Assembly (NCBI GenBank): GCA_040384805.1
Contig: JAZKIP010000004.1
Coordinates: forward strand, 10,255-74,254
Source: Patescibacteria group bacterium
GTDB lineage: Bacteria > Patescibacteriota > Minisyncoccia > Phycocordibacterales > UBA9973
Length of the DNA stretch: 64,000 nt
Reading direction: 5' to 3'
Below, piece by piece: positions 47,045 to 56,855 of this stretch. The notes under the pieces were generated by a model. It worked only from the letters and a program-made list of their open reading frames with translations, had not been told where the DNA came from and did no database searches. The position numbers and the translations under genes were made by a program. Every line of letters begins with the position of its first letter. The first letter of the stretch is position 1.

Positions 47045-50000
47045 ATGGAGCAAATTGAATACTTGCGGAGCAGGATCTTTGCAAAGATACGCTCTTTTTC
47101 ATATCGCTTTGGTTTTATCCTCCTCTTTTTATTATTGTTTCCTTGGGCCAATCTCCATGCGGCAGACCGCAGCGCTCCCTTTCTTTTTGGAGAAACTCTT
47201 GATCCCGGAATGGAATCGGAGCCTTGCGGGCCGATGGATGAGAACTGCTTTCCGGGCCATCTTGGAACTCAAGACGAGAATAATCATCTGATCAATAATC
47301 CGACAGGTCTTAATTTCGTAGGTCCGGGAGTAACTGCTACGCAAGATAGCAACGGGTGGATCATCGTGACAGTTCCCGGAGGGCTGACATCTCTCAACGG
47401 GATCTCGGTCGGCAGCCAGACGATAAGCGCAGGGTCGTCGGGAACGGATTTCAACATCTCATCATCCGGATCGGGCCATATATTCAATATCCCGAGTGCC
47501 TCGTCACTCGGCCGCGGTCTTTTAACCCCGGCTGACTGGGCTATTTTCAATGGCAAACAGGATTCTCTCGGATTCACTCCTCTTGATCCGGCGAACAATC
47601 TTGCCGATCTTGCATCAACAGCTCTCGCAAGAACGAACCTCGGCCTCGGAAGTGCTGCGACAGTAAGCCTGACAACGCTCCTTCAATCATCAAATAATCT
47701 CTCTGATATCGCATCGACCGGCACGGCCCGCGCCAATCTGGGTCTTGGCACTATGGCGACGGAGAATTCAAGCGCGTTTCTTCGCTCGGCTAATAATCTC
47801 TCCGACCTCGGATCAGCAACAACTGCGCGTACGAATTTAGGATTAGGCACGGCAGCTCTGGCGAATCTCTCATCTCTCCTTCAAGCGTCGAATAACTTAT
47901 CAGACCTTTCCAATATCATAATCACCCGCGCAAATCTTGGATTGGGAACTGCCGCGACGGCGAACTCATCGGCATTTCTTCAAGGATCCAATAATCTTTC
48001 CGATCTCGGTTCATCATCTACCGCGCGCACGAATCTCGGTCTCGGAACTCTTGCCACCCTTTCGACTATCAACAATTCGCACTGGTCGGGAACCCCTCTG
48101 TCGGTTTCAAACGGAGGAACGGGAGCCGGAACTGCAAATGACGCTCTTAATGCATTTCTTCCGGCTCAAGGTCCGCACGCGGGAGACTACCTGACAACAG
48201 ATGGCGCGACTGCGTCATGGGGCGATCTTCCGTCGCCCGCGTGGGGATCGATCGCCGGAACCTTATCGGATCAGAGCGACATGCAGGCGGTCTTTGACGC
48301 GAAGGAGGATGTAATCATTCCCGGCTTAACGAGCCACTATTTCCGAGGCGATAAAACATGGCAGACTCTTAACAAAGCGTCTGTAGGCCTTGGTAATACT
48401 GAAAATACAGCTCTCTCGACATGGGCGGGAAGCGCGAACATAACGGCGCTCGGGACTATCGCATCAGGTACGTGGAACGCGAGCCCGATCGCTGATCTCT
48501 ATGTTTCGAGCGCTTCGTCATGGAATGCCAAGCAAAATGCGCTCGGATTCACCCCTCTTGATGCGGCGAGCAATCTCTCTGATCTTTCCGATGCAAGTGA
48601 TGCCCGTGCAAATCTTGGCCTTGGTACTATCGTGACCGAGGATTCAGACGCATTTCTTCAGGCATCAAACGATCTTTCCGATCTTGTCCACGTCCCAACC
48701 GCTCGGTCTAACTTGGGATTAGGGACGGCTGCTCTTGAAAGCGCGGATTCTTTTCTTCTTGCGGCAGGCAACCTCTCGGATCTTTCATCCCTATCGGACG
48801 CAAGGAACAATCTCGGTTTGGGATTGCTTGCGATTTTAAGTACGGTGAATGATAGCAACTGGTCGGGAACTCCTCTTGCGATCGCAAACGGCGGAACAGG
48901 AGCGGGAACCGCAGAGGATGCACGTAACGCCATCCTCCCGCTGCAAAGTTCCCATGCGGGGGAGTATCTGACGACGGATGGAACCCACGCATCATGGGAT
49001 GAGCCGCCCGCGCCCGCGTGGGGATCGATTGCCGGGACTTTGTCCGATCAAGCGGATCTTCAGGCCTCTCTTGATGAAAAAGAGGATGTGATTGACGCAG
49101 GATCGGCAAGCCAGTATTTCCGCGGGGACAAGACATGGCAGACTCTCAACAAGGCTGCCGTTGGTTTGGGGAATGTGGAAAATACAGCTCTCTCAACATG
49201 GACGGGAAGTACGAATATAACGACGCTCGGTACGGTTACCGGAGGCACATGGCACGGAAGCGCGATCGATGATGCGTATATTGGAAGCGCTGCCGCATGG
49301 AATGCCAAACAAGCTTCTCTCGGATTCACGCCGCTTAATCCTGCGAATAATTTGTCTGAAATTGTTTCAGCACCGACGGCGCGTACGAATTTAGGATTGG
49401 GTACGGCGGCAACTTTAAATACAAATGCTTTTTTGCAACCCGTCAATAATCTCTCTGAACTCTCTTCGCCATCTACTGCCCGCACAAATCTCGGTCTCGG
49501 TAGTGCAGCTACAGTTAATACAAATTCACTTTTCCAAGTTTCTAATAATTTATCTGAAATTGCGGTACCTTCAACTGCTCGTACCAACCTCGGCCTTGGC
49601 ACTGCCGCAACGGCAAATTTGACTTCTCTTCTTCTAGCATCAAACAATCTTTCTGACCTCGGATCAGCAACAACCGCGCGCACGAATCTAGGCCTCGGAT
49701 CTCTCGCCACTCTTTCATCGGTCAATAATTCGAACTGGTCGGGGACAGGGCTCTCGATTGCAAACGGGGGAACAGGGGTAACAACTGCAAATGACGCTCT
49801 TAATGCATTTCTACCTTCGCAGGGAATAAATTCCGGAAAATATCTGACAACCAACGGTACCAATGCATCATGGGCCGATATAGTTCCGGGCGGAGTTACC
49901 TCTGTCGGGCTTTCTCTTCCCTCCGTGTTCTCCGTCTCGGGTTCTCCGGTAACATCAAGCGGAGTATTATCGGCGACGCTTGCAACTCAAAGCGCGAATA

Positions 50001-51217
50001 CTGCATTCTTGGGTCCTGCGACAGGAGGCGCAGCAGCGCCCGGATTCCGCTCTCTTGTGATCGCGGATCTCCCGACAGCAATACCGAATGCCAATCTTGC
50101 CAATTCATCGCTTTCTCTTGCGATCGGCACCTCGGGAACCGATGCCGCATGGTCGGCAGGGTCGGTATCTCTCGGCGGAACGGCGACGCTTAATATCCCG
50201 GATGCCTCGGCAACGAACAGGGGACTTGTCACCACAGGAGTCCAGACGGTCGCGGGAGTCAAGACGTTCTCATCGGCGCCGAAGCTCTCATCGCTCACCG
50301 CAGGATCGGTCCTCTTCGTCGGATCGGACAAATCTATATCCGAGAATAATACGAAGCTCTTTTGGGATAATTCCACCAATCGCTTGGGGATCGGAGTGAA
50401 CAATCCCTCGGGAGTTCTTCATACGAGCGGGGCGGTTTATTTCGCCGGTCTTGCGACTGATAATTCGATCGGTCTTGCGGGAGCCTTATGCCTTGACGCT
50501 TCAAACCAGCTCAAGAAGCTCACGGGCCTCGGGTCATGCATCGTTTCGTCGCGCAAGTACAAGAAGGACATCGAGACCTTGTCATACCCTGATCGCTCGA
50601 ATCTCGACACCGTCATGGCTCTTCATCCGGTTTCCTACACGAGTATCTTCGACGAGAGCAAACGCATCGGATTCGTCGCCGAGGAGGTTCTTTCTATTGA
50701 TCCGCGCCTCATCGCGTTTGAGCCGGGAAGCACGACCGATCCGCGCGGCGTCCGCTATGAGGAGACAACGGCCCTTCTTGCGGCGGCACTCCAGGAACTT
50801 AATCTCGAGGTCAAAACGCTTTCCGAGCCGTGGACGGCTCAGGAAAGCGGAAGCTTCGCGGGGAAATTTACAACGCGCCTAAGCGAATGGCTGTCCGATG
50901 CGGGGAACGGCATACGGACAATTGCGGCCGATACGTTTCGCGCTCGCGAAGCGGTCGTCGAGCGCATCTGCGTCGGCACCGAGGAGAACAAGACATGCAT
51001 CACGAAAGACGATCTTGATCGCCTCCTTGCCAATCAGGCAGCTCCGCAGATGACACCCTTTTCAAATCCATCACCCGAATCGGACGAAGGTACCATGCCC
51101 GAAGAGCCATCACAAAATGCGCCTCCGGAAGAGGATATTCTTCCCGGGGAGAGCGAAGATCTTACCAATAACGCCCTTCCTGAAGCGGCCGATGCTATTC
51201 CCGTATCTGAAAGCTAG
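47045..51217 (+). CDS. 1390-aa secreted fibre protein built from phage-tail-fibre-like repeats with a C-terminal peptidase-S74-type intramolecular chaperone domain
   Basis: Signal peptide FGFILLFLLLFPWANLHA. More than 20 copies of NNLSDL(x)S(x)TARTNLGLGTAA and three copies of IANGGTGAGTA(x)DA(x)NA ... W(x)GSIAGTLSDQ modules (internal duplication of about 800 bp at 48.1-48.9 kb versus 48.9-49.7 kb). C-terminal SSRKYKKDIETL ... LHPVSYTS ... GFVAEEVLSIDPRLIAF at about 50540-50830 matches the tail-spike/endosialidase chaperone domain. Confidence 0.7.
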   Translation: MEQIEYLRSRIFAKIRSFSYRFGFILLFLLLFPWANLHAADRSAPFLFGETLDPGMESEPCGPMDENCFPGHLGTQDENNHLINNPTGLNFVGPGVTATQDSNGWIIVTVPGGLTSLNGISVGSQTISAGSSGTDFNISSSGSGHIFNIPSASSLGRGLLTPADWAIFNGKQDSLGFTPLDPANNLADLASTALARTNLGLGSAATVSLTTLLQSSNNLSDIASTGTARANLGLGTMATENSSAFLRSANNLSDLGSATTARTNLGLGTAALANLSSLLQASNNLSDLSNIIITRANLGLGTAATANSSAFLQGSNNLSDLGSSSTARTNLGLGTLATLSTINNSHWSGTPLSVSNGGTGAGTANDALNAFLPAQGPHAGDYLTTDGATASWGDLPSPAWGSIAGTLSDQSDMQAVFDAKEDVIIPGLTSHYFRGDKTWQTLNKASVGLGNTENTALSTWAGSANITALGTIASGTWNASPIADLYVSSASSWNAKQNALGFTPLDAASNLSDLSDASDARANLGLGTIVTEDSDAFLQASNDLSDLVHVPTARSNLGLGTAALESADSFLLAAGNLSDLSSLSDARNNLGLGLLAILSTVNDSNWSGTPLAIANGGTGAGTAEDARNAILPLQSSHAGEYLTTDGTHASWDEPPAPAWGSIAGTLSDQADLQASLDEKEDVIDAGSASQYFRGDKTWQTLNKAAVGLGNVENTALSTWTGSTNITTLGTVTGGTWHGSAIDDAYIGSAAAWNAKQASLGFTPLNPANNLSEIVSAPTARTNLGLGTAATLNTNAFLQPVNNLSELSSPSTARTNLGLGSAATVNTNSLFQVSNNLSEIAVPSTARTNLGLGTAATANLTSLLLASNNLSDLGSATTARTNLGLGSLATLSSVNNSNWSGTGLSIANGGTGVTTANDALNAFLPSQGINSGKYLTTNGTNASWADIVPGGVTSVGLSLPSVFSVSGSPVTSSGVLSATLATQSANTAFLGPATGGAAAPGFRSLVIADLPTAIPNANLANSSLSLAIGTSGTDAAWSAGSVSLGGTATLNIPDASATNRGLVTTGVQTVAGVKTFSSAPKLSSLTAGSVLFVGSDKSISENNTKLFWDNSTNRLGIGVNNPSGVLHTSGAVYFAGLATDNSIGLAGALCLDASNQLKKLTGLGSCIVSSRKYKKDIETLSYPDRSNLDTVMALHPVSYTSIFDESKRIGFVAEEVLSIDPRLIAFEPGSTTDPRGVRYEETTALLAAALQELNLEVKTLSEPWTAQESGSFAGKFTTRLSEWLSDAGNGIRTIAADTFRAREAVVERICVGTEENKTCITKDDLDRLLANQAAPQMTPFSNPSPESDEGTMPEEPSQNAPPEEDILPGESEDLTNNALPEAADAIPVSES

Positions 51218-51221
51218 AACT

Positions 51222-52574
51222 ATGACGATCCGATTTACCATCATTCTTTTCTGTTGCCTATTCCTTTCCCCGTTCGGGGCGAGGGCTTCGACCGTCACCG
51301 GAACGATCGACTCCTCTTTTGCGATGAGCCTCATCTGCCACGATGTATCATGTACCGATTACGGCATGGTGAATTTCAAGCCGTCTCTGACGGGAGAAAC
51401 GACGGGGCTTTCAGCAATCATAATCACCGAGAGCGGCATCACGGGAAACGCGTGGGGAAACGAGATCGGATGGATCAATTTCTCGCCCGCGGGCGGGGGA
51501 GTAACTGTCGATTCTTCGACGGGGGAGTTGAGCGGGCTTGCTTGGTCAAGCGTCGGTTCATGGATCAATTTCTCTCCGACGGACGTATCGGGCGGAATGG
51601 AGGTCGGCGTCTCGATCATGCCTGACGGATCATTTTCCGGATGGGCCTGGGTTTCCGGGATGCAGGGAGGGTGGATGAGATTCGACTGCGCAAATTCCAC
51701 TATGTGCGTAAAGACCGATTGGCGTCCGGTTGCATATCGCGAAGCATGCCAGAACGGGATCGATGACGACAATGACGGATCAGTCGATACGGGAGATTCA
51801 GGCTGCGCCTCGGCCGACGATACAAGCGAAACTCAATCATCTTCGGGAACGGGAAACACGACGGGAGGCTCGGGAGGATCATCGGGAGGAGGAAGCGGGC
51901 CACGGCGGCCGATCCCTCCTCTGCCTGCCTATCCTCTTGTTCCCGTATCTCTTTCACCTGCTCTGCCTCTTGCAGAGGTTCCGGCTCGGCCGCCAATCGC
52001 CCCGGCGCGATCCTGCGCGCTTCCCCTTGCCGCCTACATCCGGCTTGGACGCACCAATGTTCCGGCCGAAGTCAGAAAATTGCAGGATTTCCTGCGGACG
52101 AATCAGGGAGAAACAGGAATACGGACAACCGGTGTATACACATGGAAAGAGCATGACGCAGTCGTCCGCTTCCAGGAAAAATACGCCCGCGATATTCTTG
52201 TTCCGTGGGGCTTGTCGAAGGGAACGGGCTATGTGTACATAACGACGACGCGGAAAATAAACGAGCTTCTGTGCAGGAAAGATGCCGTCGTTTTCACGAA
52301 GGATCTGTCGGTCGGCGCGCGGCATGACGAGGTCAGGCTTCTTCAGGAATTTCTCAATAGGAACGGTTTCCCTGTCTCTCCGGCGGGGATCGGATCTTCC
52401 GGCATGGAGATAAGCCTCTTTACCTCAAAAACAAGGAGCGCCCTTGCGCGATTTCAGGAAAAATACCGACCTTATGTATACGCCCAGTCCCACATCTATC
52501 CGCGTCCGGGAGTTCTTGATGCGGTGACGCGCCATTTTATTAATACGAATCTCGAAACAAAGGGATTCAACTAG
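51222..52574 (+). CDS. Secreted protein with two C-terminal peptidoglycan-binding (PG_binding_1) domains and a Pro-rich linker
   Basis: Signal peptide MTIRFTIILFCCLFLSPFGARA. Repeats VRKLQDFLRTNQGETGIRTTGVYTWKEHDAVVRFQEKY and VRLLQEFLNRNGFPVSPAGIGSSGMEISLFTSKTRSALARFQEKY. The ORF track starts at 51117. Confidence 0.65.
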   Translation: MTIRFTIILFCCLFLSPFGARASTVTGTIDSSFAMSLICHDVSCTDYGMVNFKPSLTGETTGLSAIIITESGITGNAWGNEIGWINFSPAGGGVTVDSSTGELSGLAWSSVGSWINFSPTDVSGGMEVGVSIMPDGSFSGWAWVSGMQGGWMRFDCANSTMCVKTDWRPVAYREACQNGIDDDNDGSVDTGDSGCASADDTSETQSSSGTGNTTGGSGGSSGGGSGPRRPIPPLPAYPLVPVSLSPALPLAEVPARPPIAPARSCALPLAAYIRLGRTNVPAEVRKLQDFLRTNQGETGIRTTGVYTWKEHDAVVRFQEKYARDILVPWGLSKGTGYVYITTTRKINELLCRKDAVVFTKDLSVGARHDEVRLLQEFLNRNGFPVSPAGIGSSGMEISLFTSKTRSALARFQEKYRPYVYAQSHIYPRPGVLDAVTRHFINTNLETKGFN

Positions 52575-52589
52575 GCACACGCCGCTACT

Positions 52590-54191
52590 TTATCGCATGT
52601 CCGCGCGCGATCCGTTCTCAAGCGTAAGATCATCGATAGCTGCCAAACCGTATTGTTCTGCGCGGCTTCCGTTTGAAAGTTCTCCTGTCAGGCTATCGGT
52701 CGCATGTATTTGTGCAAATGATCCGTTGCGGAGGTCGAGTTTGAAATCACGAACAATGAAATCCTGTCCCTCGTAGCGGGAAGCGTTCTTAAGATCAAGC
52801 GATGTTGTCGCGGCTTTTCCGATAAGCGTGATCTGTGATCCGTTTTCTGCAGAAACAACCAGATCTTTTGCTGTTCCTTCGAATGAAAGATTCGAACCGT
52901 TCTCAAGCTCAATGGAAGCAAGCGATAGCGTCGGGATCGTTATGACTATGTCAGCACGCTTCATGGAGCAGAGGAAACATGACTTCGGCATATTCTTGTG
53001 GCTGATCGTAAGAGTTCCGTCCATTTCCCGCAATTCAATGTGGTTCACGGAGCGCTCGATGCCCGTTATCTGAATAGATGTTTCCCGGCCTTCAGTAATG
53101 CTCACATTCTGACCATTACGCACGTGGAGCCTTGAAAAGTCTTTTATAAGAGGGTTGATTGTAACTGTCTCACTTCCAGGAATCGAACGCGCGTACGTTT
53201 CGCGATTATTGGCTATATGAAATCCAACGACAGTACCTGCGATGCAGGCAAGTATCCAGATCAGGGCAAGAATCCCTGTCAGAGTCTTATGTGATGATTT
53301 CTTCGGATGAGACAGAAGGCCGCCCGCAAGTCCGATGAAAAGAAAAGGAATAAGCACGAGAATAAAGAGAATTCCGATGCTTCCGTAGACTAAGAGAGGC
53401 GGGATGGCAGCCGCGCCGAGAAATGATACTGGGGAGCTTGTCACGCCGATGATAAGAAGAGTAACTAAAGTGACAGTGCCGAGAAAGGCGATGATCTTAA
53501 AGCAGACGCCGATGACTTTCCCGAATGTCTTGAAAAATATCCTGAAAAAACCAAGAATCGAATGGCGGAACTTCTCGGCGCTTTTTTTTATTCCGTCTTT
53601 TCCGCCCACGTCGCCCAATTTTTCCTCAACCATTTTCTTAACCTCATTAAGAGTCACGGGAGTGCCTCCCATTTCAAGTTTCTCAGTGGCTGTTTTAGCC
53701 TCCGGAACCGCGAACCACAGAAATATGTACGCGATAACGCCGAATCCTCCGAAGAAGACGCTAATGAAGAATATCGCGCGGACAATGATCGGATCAACAC
53801 CGAAGTATAAGGCCAAGCCGGATGCCACGCCCCCGATGACGGCATTTTCCTTATCGCGATAGAGCTTCTTGCGTGATGTGCTGTCTGCATTTTCACGCGT
53901 ATTTTCCGTATTCGCTGTCTCTTCTGTTCCAAACTCATCAGGACGGCCCATTGTTTTGATCAGGATATCAATATGCGCCTCGGTAATGATCCGGTCAGTC
54001 TTGTCCTTTGTCGAGAGATCCCGCAGCTGCTCCTCGATCCGGCTCTCGATATCCTCGATAATTTCCTTGTTATCGTCATAGTGCGCGAAATACTTCCGTA
54101 CCTCGGTGAGATACTCGTCGAGTTTCTGATATGCGCCTTCTTCGACATAAAAGAGCGTGCGGGCGATACTTGTGGGGATTGTTTTTTTCAT
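52590..54191 (-). CDS. PspC-domain membrane protein with C-terminal extracytoplasmic beta-rich (DUF4097/adhesin-like) domain
   Basis: LYRDKENAVIGGVASGLALYFGVDPIIVRAIFFISVFFGGFGVIAYIFLWFAVPE is a PspC domain. Further TM helices and a repetitive C-terminal domain follow. Confidence 0.7.
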   Translation of the reverse strand: MKKTIPTSIARTLFYVEEGAYQKLDEYLTEVRKYFAHYDDNKEIIEDIESRIEEQLRDLSTKDKTDRIITEAHIDILIKTMGRPDEFGTEETANTENTRENADSTSRKKLYRDKENAVIGGVASGLALYFGVDPIIVRAIFFISVFFGGFGVIAYIFLWFAVPEAKTATEKLEMGGTPVTLNEVKKMVEEKLGDVGGKDGIKKSAEKFRHSILGFFRIFFKTFGKVIGVCFKIIAFLGTVTLVTLLIIGVTSSPVSFLGAAAIPPLLVYGSIGILFILVLIPFLFIGLAGGLLSHPKKSSHKTLTGILALIWILACIAGTVVGFHIANNRETYARSIPGSETVTINPLIKDFSRLHVRNGQNVSITEGRETSIQITGIERSVNHIELREMDGTLTISHKNMPKSCFLCSMKRADIVITIPTLSLASIELENGSNLSFEGTAKDLVVSAENGSQITLIGKAATTSLDLKNASRYEGQDFIVRDFKLDLRNGSFAQIHATDSLTGELSNGSRAEQYGLAAIDDLTLENGSRADMR

Positions 54192-54192
54192 A

Positions 54193-54525
54193 TTATTTTA
54201 ATAGATGATTAAGTGATTTGGTTAATGTCGACCATGTTTCTTTTAAGCTTGCGAGCGTCTCTTCTCCTTTCGGAGTCAGGGAATAGTATTTGCGCGGCGG
54301 TCCTGATTGCGATTCTTCCCATGTATGGGTCAAAAGTTCCGCGGCGCGGAGGCGCGACAGGAGGGGATAGAGCGTTCCTTCGACAACGATGAGATCCGCT
54401 GACTTCAATTCTGTAATGATCTCGGTCGCGTATTTTTTCTTGCGGGAGATGATGAGGAGTATGCAGAATTCGAGGATGCCCTTTCTCATTTGGGATTTTT
54501 GATTCTCTGTTTCTTGTGTCTTCAT
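54193..54525 (-). CDS. PadR family transcriptional regulator
   Basis: GILEFCILLIISRKKKYATEIITELK ... VEGTLYPLLSRLRAAELL ... YYSLTPKGEE winged-helix PadR signature. Abuts the PspC gene (1-bp spacing). Confidence 0.85.
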   Translation of the reverse strand: MKTQETENQKSQMRKGILEFCILLIISRKKKYATEIITELKSADLIVVEGTLYPLLSRLRAAELLTHTWEESQSGPPRKYYSLTPKGEETLASLKETWSTLTKSLNHLLK

Positions 54526-54636
54526 ACATTAATTATATAGCATAGTACCTTGTTATGCAAGTTAGCATGGGGAAAACAGAGCGAAAGCTTTATGATAAAA
54601 AGATTTTTCAGGAAAAATATGTAAAAATTCTTATAT

Positions 54637-54666
54637 AAAAAGGCTTCGCTTGACGAAGCCTTTTTA
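54637..54666. terminator. Bidirectional terminator AAAAAGGCTTCG-CTTGA-CGAAGCCTTTTT
   Basis: 8-bp stem with A/T runs downstream of the fasciclin gene. Confidence 0.65.
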
Positions 54667-54680
54667 TATTACAAAGCCTT

Positions 54681-55256
54681 TTATTTAGGCATGAGAACGG
54701 TGTCGATTATATGGGTGACTCCGTTTTTTGAAATGACGTTCGCCATTTCAACCATTGCGTCGTTGATCCATACTTTCCCGTCCTTCACTGTTACCTCAAG
54801 TTCCTGTCCGTTGACCGTTTTGAGCATCATGCCGTCTGACAGATCGCCTGCCATATAGCTTCCCGCGACAACGTGATAGGTGAGAATGGAGACGAGCTTC
54901 GCCTTGTTCTCGGACTTCAGAAGCATGTCCACCGTTCCTGCCGGCAATTTCGCGAAAGCGGCGTTGTCCGGGGCGAAAACCGTGAATGGTCCCGCGCTCT
55001 TGAGCGTCTCGACGAGTCCTGCCGCCTTGACCGCCGCGACAAGCGTCGTTACGTTGTTGGCAAGCATTGCGTTGTCGACGATATCGCGCGACGGAAGCAT
55101 CATCGCTCCTCCGACCATCATTCCTTCATCTTGGTTCATCATAGGCTTGTTTTTGCGCATCATCATGTTATCGCCGTCTTTGTTCATGTGAGACATCCAG
55201 ACGATAAGAACGATGACGATAATTACTATTAATACTATCCACCATTGATTTTTCAT
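54681..55256 (-). CDS. Fasciclin (FAS1) domain protein, membrane-anchored
   Basis: N-terminal [21 protein letters not shown]1 motifs [22 protein letters not shown] ... ILTYHVVAG ... [13 protein letters not shown]. Confidence 0.8.
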   Translation of the reverse strand: MKNQWWIVLIVIIVIVLIVWMSHMNKDGDNMMMRKNKPMMNQDEGMMVGGAMMLPSRDIVDNAMLANNVTTLVAAVKAAGLVETLKSAGPFTVFAPDNAAFAKLPAGTVDMLLKSENKAKLVSILTYHVVAGSYMAGDLSDGMMLKTVNGQELEVTVKDGKVWINDAMVEMANVISKNGVTHIIDTVLMPK

Positions 55257-55433
55257 AATTCATTTTTTTCTAAAAATAATATGTCGACCGCAAACGCCGC
55301 CTCGCCTGCTGCGCATCCTTGAGCGTGTACTCTTTAGTAAGTATAGGAGAGAAACTATGAAGATAAGTTAAATGATATATGAAATATTTATAAACTCCCG
55401 TACTTTTCGGTACGGGTGATCAAGAGAAGCTCT

Positions 55434-56222
55434 TTAGAAAGAAATGAGAGTTCCGTGGACAAGAGCAAGGGCAGAGCTTGCGCTCTTGCCTTGAATGACG
55501 ATTTCGGCGAAACGCGTATCCTTATAGCCCGAGCTTCCGATGATGACTGCCTTCTTCCCCTTGGGAACATCGGAGAGCTTTTGATAAAAGGGGAATGAGT
55601 GAGTTTTGCCGGCAATTCGCAGGGAAACGGACCCGTTTTTAACCGCAGCTTTTATTTCCTTTTCGGTGATCGTCGTCTTGGCATTGCCGAAATTGTCGAT
55701 CCACCATATTTGATTATCTCCAAGCGGCACGACAGCCGAGGCGATGGTTGGGAATTTTTTCCCTTCATAAGCCCAGCGGGCGAGGCGGGGAACATACTCG
55801 AACGAACGGAACTGCGAATTGGCGATCCTGTTCGCTTCTTCGCGAGGAAGGAACTTCCTGCAGACGGTCGCCACGTCGGTTTCCTCAATGTTTTTGATGA
55901 GATTGAATTTCGATAAAAGGGTGAAGCATGTCTTTGTCGCTACGATAATCGTCTGATCTATGCGGCCGATATAAAAAGGAGCTCCGTTCTTGTGGCTCTT
56001 GTCCTGCCGCGGGGCCAGATTGCCGATGATGATATGGGGAGATTTTCCGATCCGCAGCGCGTCGAGCGTGTCGAGGATACATCCCGAGGCTCCGATATCC
56101 GAATCGATACCGACGCTATAGATCGATGAATCGGCAAAAAGCGTGCTCAATCGAGCCGTTAGCCTTGTTAAGGCATTGGGATCTTTGCAGTCGGTAAAAG
56201 CGAAAATCGTCGGCTTTTTCAT
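55434..56222 (-). CDS. SAM hydroxide adenosyltransferase family protein (DUF62, fluorinase/chlorinase-like fold)
   Basis: N-terminal IFAFTDCKD and the C-terminal hallmark WIDNFGNAKTTI (compare VIDxFGNLxTN). Confidence 0.55.
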   Translation of the reverse strand: MKKPTIFAFTDCKDPNALTRLTARLSTLFADSSIYSVGIDSDIGASGCILDTLDALRIGKSPHIIIGNLAPRQDKSHKNGAPFYIGRIDQTIIVATKTCFTLLSKFNLIKNIEETDVATVCRKFLPREEANRIANSQFRSFEYVPRLARWAYEGKKFPTIASAVVPLGDNQIWWIDNFGNAKTTITEKEIKAAVKNGSVSLRIAGKTHSFPFYQKLSDVPKGKKAVIIGSSGYKDTRFAEIVIQGKSASSALALVHGTLISF

Positions 56223-56225
56223 ATA

Positions 56226-56702
56226 TTAAAATCCAAGTTTTTCCATAAAAACCATAGAGCGCGATTCCTCAAGGTCAACTGGCGGAACAACGCGAAGGAG
56301 CGTTTCCCGGGTTTCGGGCACAAGTTCTTTGGGCAAAAGGATCGTGTAGACGGGAAGGAAATATTTATGAGTCTGAACGATGAGTTTCGCGTACGCATCA
56401 CCCTTTTTATTTTTAATGGTAAATCCTTTGATGTTCTTCCACGAATAGAGATCCTTTCCGATCCGCAATCCTTCGGTTTCGATAGCGAACTGAAACTGCT
56501 CTGGCTCGCGAAGGGTAAAAAGAATCAAGCAGCCGCCGGATATGAAGATAAATATTGCGAAAACATAACTGCCGAACACGAGCGCGACGATACATCCTGC
56601 GATTGCAGCAAGGCCAATTGTCCAATACCAGTCGGCGGAACGCGTCTTGTGAGAATATTCAGGCGCCTGCCATTCGATCGTATCGAAGGTAATATCTTCC
56701 AT
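56226..56702 (-). CDS. Hypothetical membrane protein (two TM helices)
   Basis: WYWTIGLAAIAGCIVALVFGSYVFAIFIFISGGCLILF. Confidence 0.4.
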   Translation of the reverse strand: MEDITFDTIEWQAPEYSHKTRSADWYWTIGLAAIAGCIVALVFGSYVFAIFIFISGGCLILFTLREPEQFQFAIETEGLRIGKDLYSWKNIKGFTIKNKKGDAYAKLIVQTHKYFLPVYTILLPKELVPETRETLLRVVPPVDLEESRSMVFMEKLGF

Positions 56703-56855
56703 ATGCGTATAGTATATCAGCCCGCCTTGTAAAAACCAATGAGCAAAGGTCTTTTCGGTTCATGTGGCCGCATAAGATCTGAAAATACGTTATACTATAT
56801 GCATTGTCGTATCACTGTCGATATGGCGATGGTTACTACTAACAAAATCACAATT

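Noticed and set aside
47132-50403. Minus-strand and alternative-frame ORFs inside 47045-51217 (e.g. 48708-49136, 49060-49863, 49987-50403, 50451-50882)
   Set aside because: The fibre gene is GC-rich and repetitive, so off-frames stay open. The plus frame has a signal peptide, a coherent repeat architecture and a recognisable C-terminal chaperone domain.
51254-52325. ORFs 51254-51625(+), 51359-51772(-), 51700-51996(-), 51730-52242(+), 51954-52325(-)
   Set aside because: They overlap the peptidoglycan-binding secreted protein gene in other frames or strands. No motifs.
53404-54212. Plus-strand ORFs 53404-53862, 53562-53810, 53869-54081, 53973-54212
   Set aside because: Antisense to the PspC-domain gene, whose PspC motif and TM topology are clear.
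54873-55232. 119-aa and 103-aa plus-strand ORFs
   Set aside because: Antisense to the fasciclin-domain gene.
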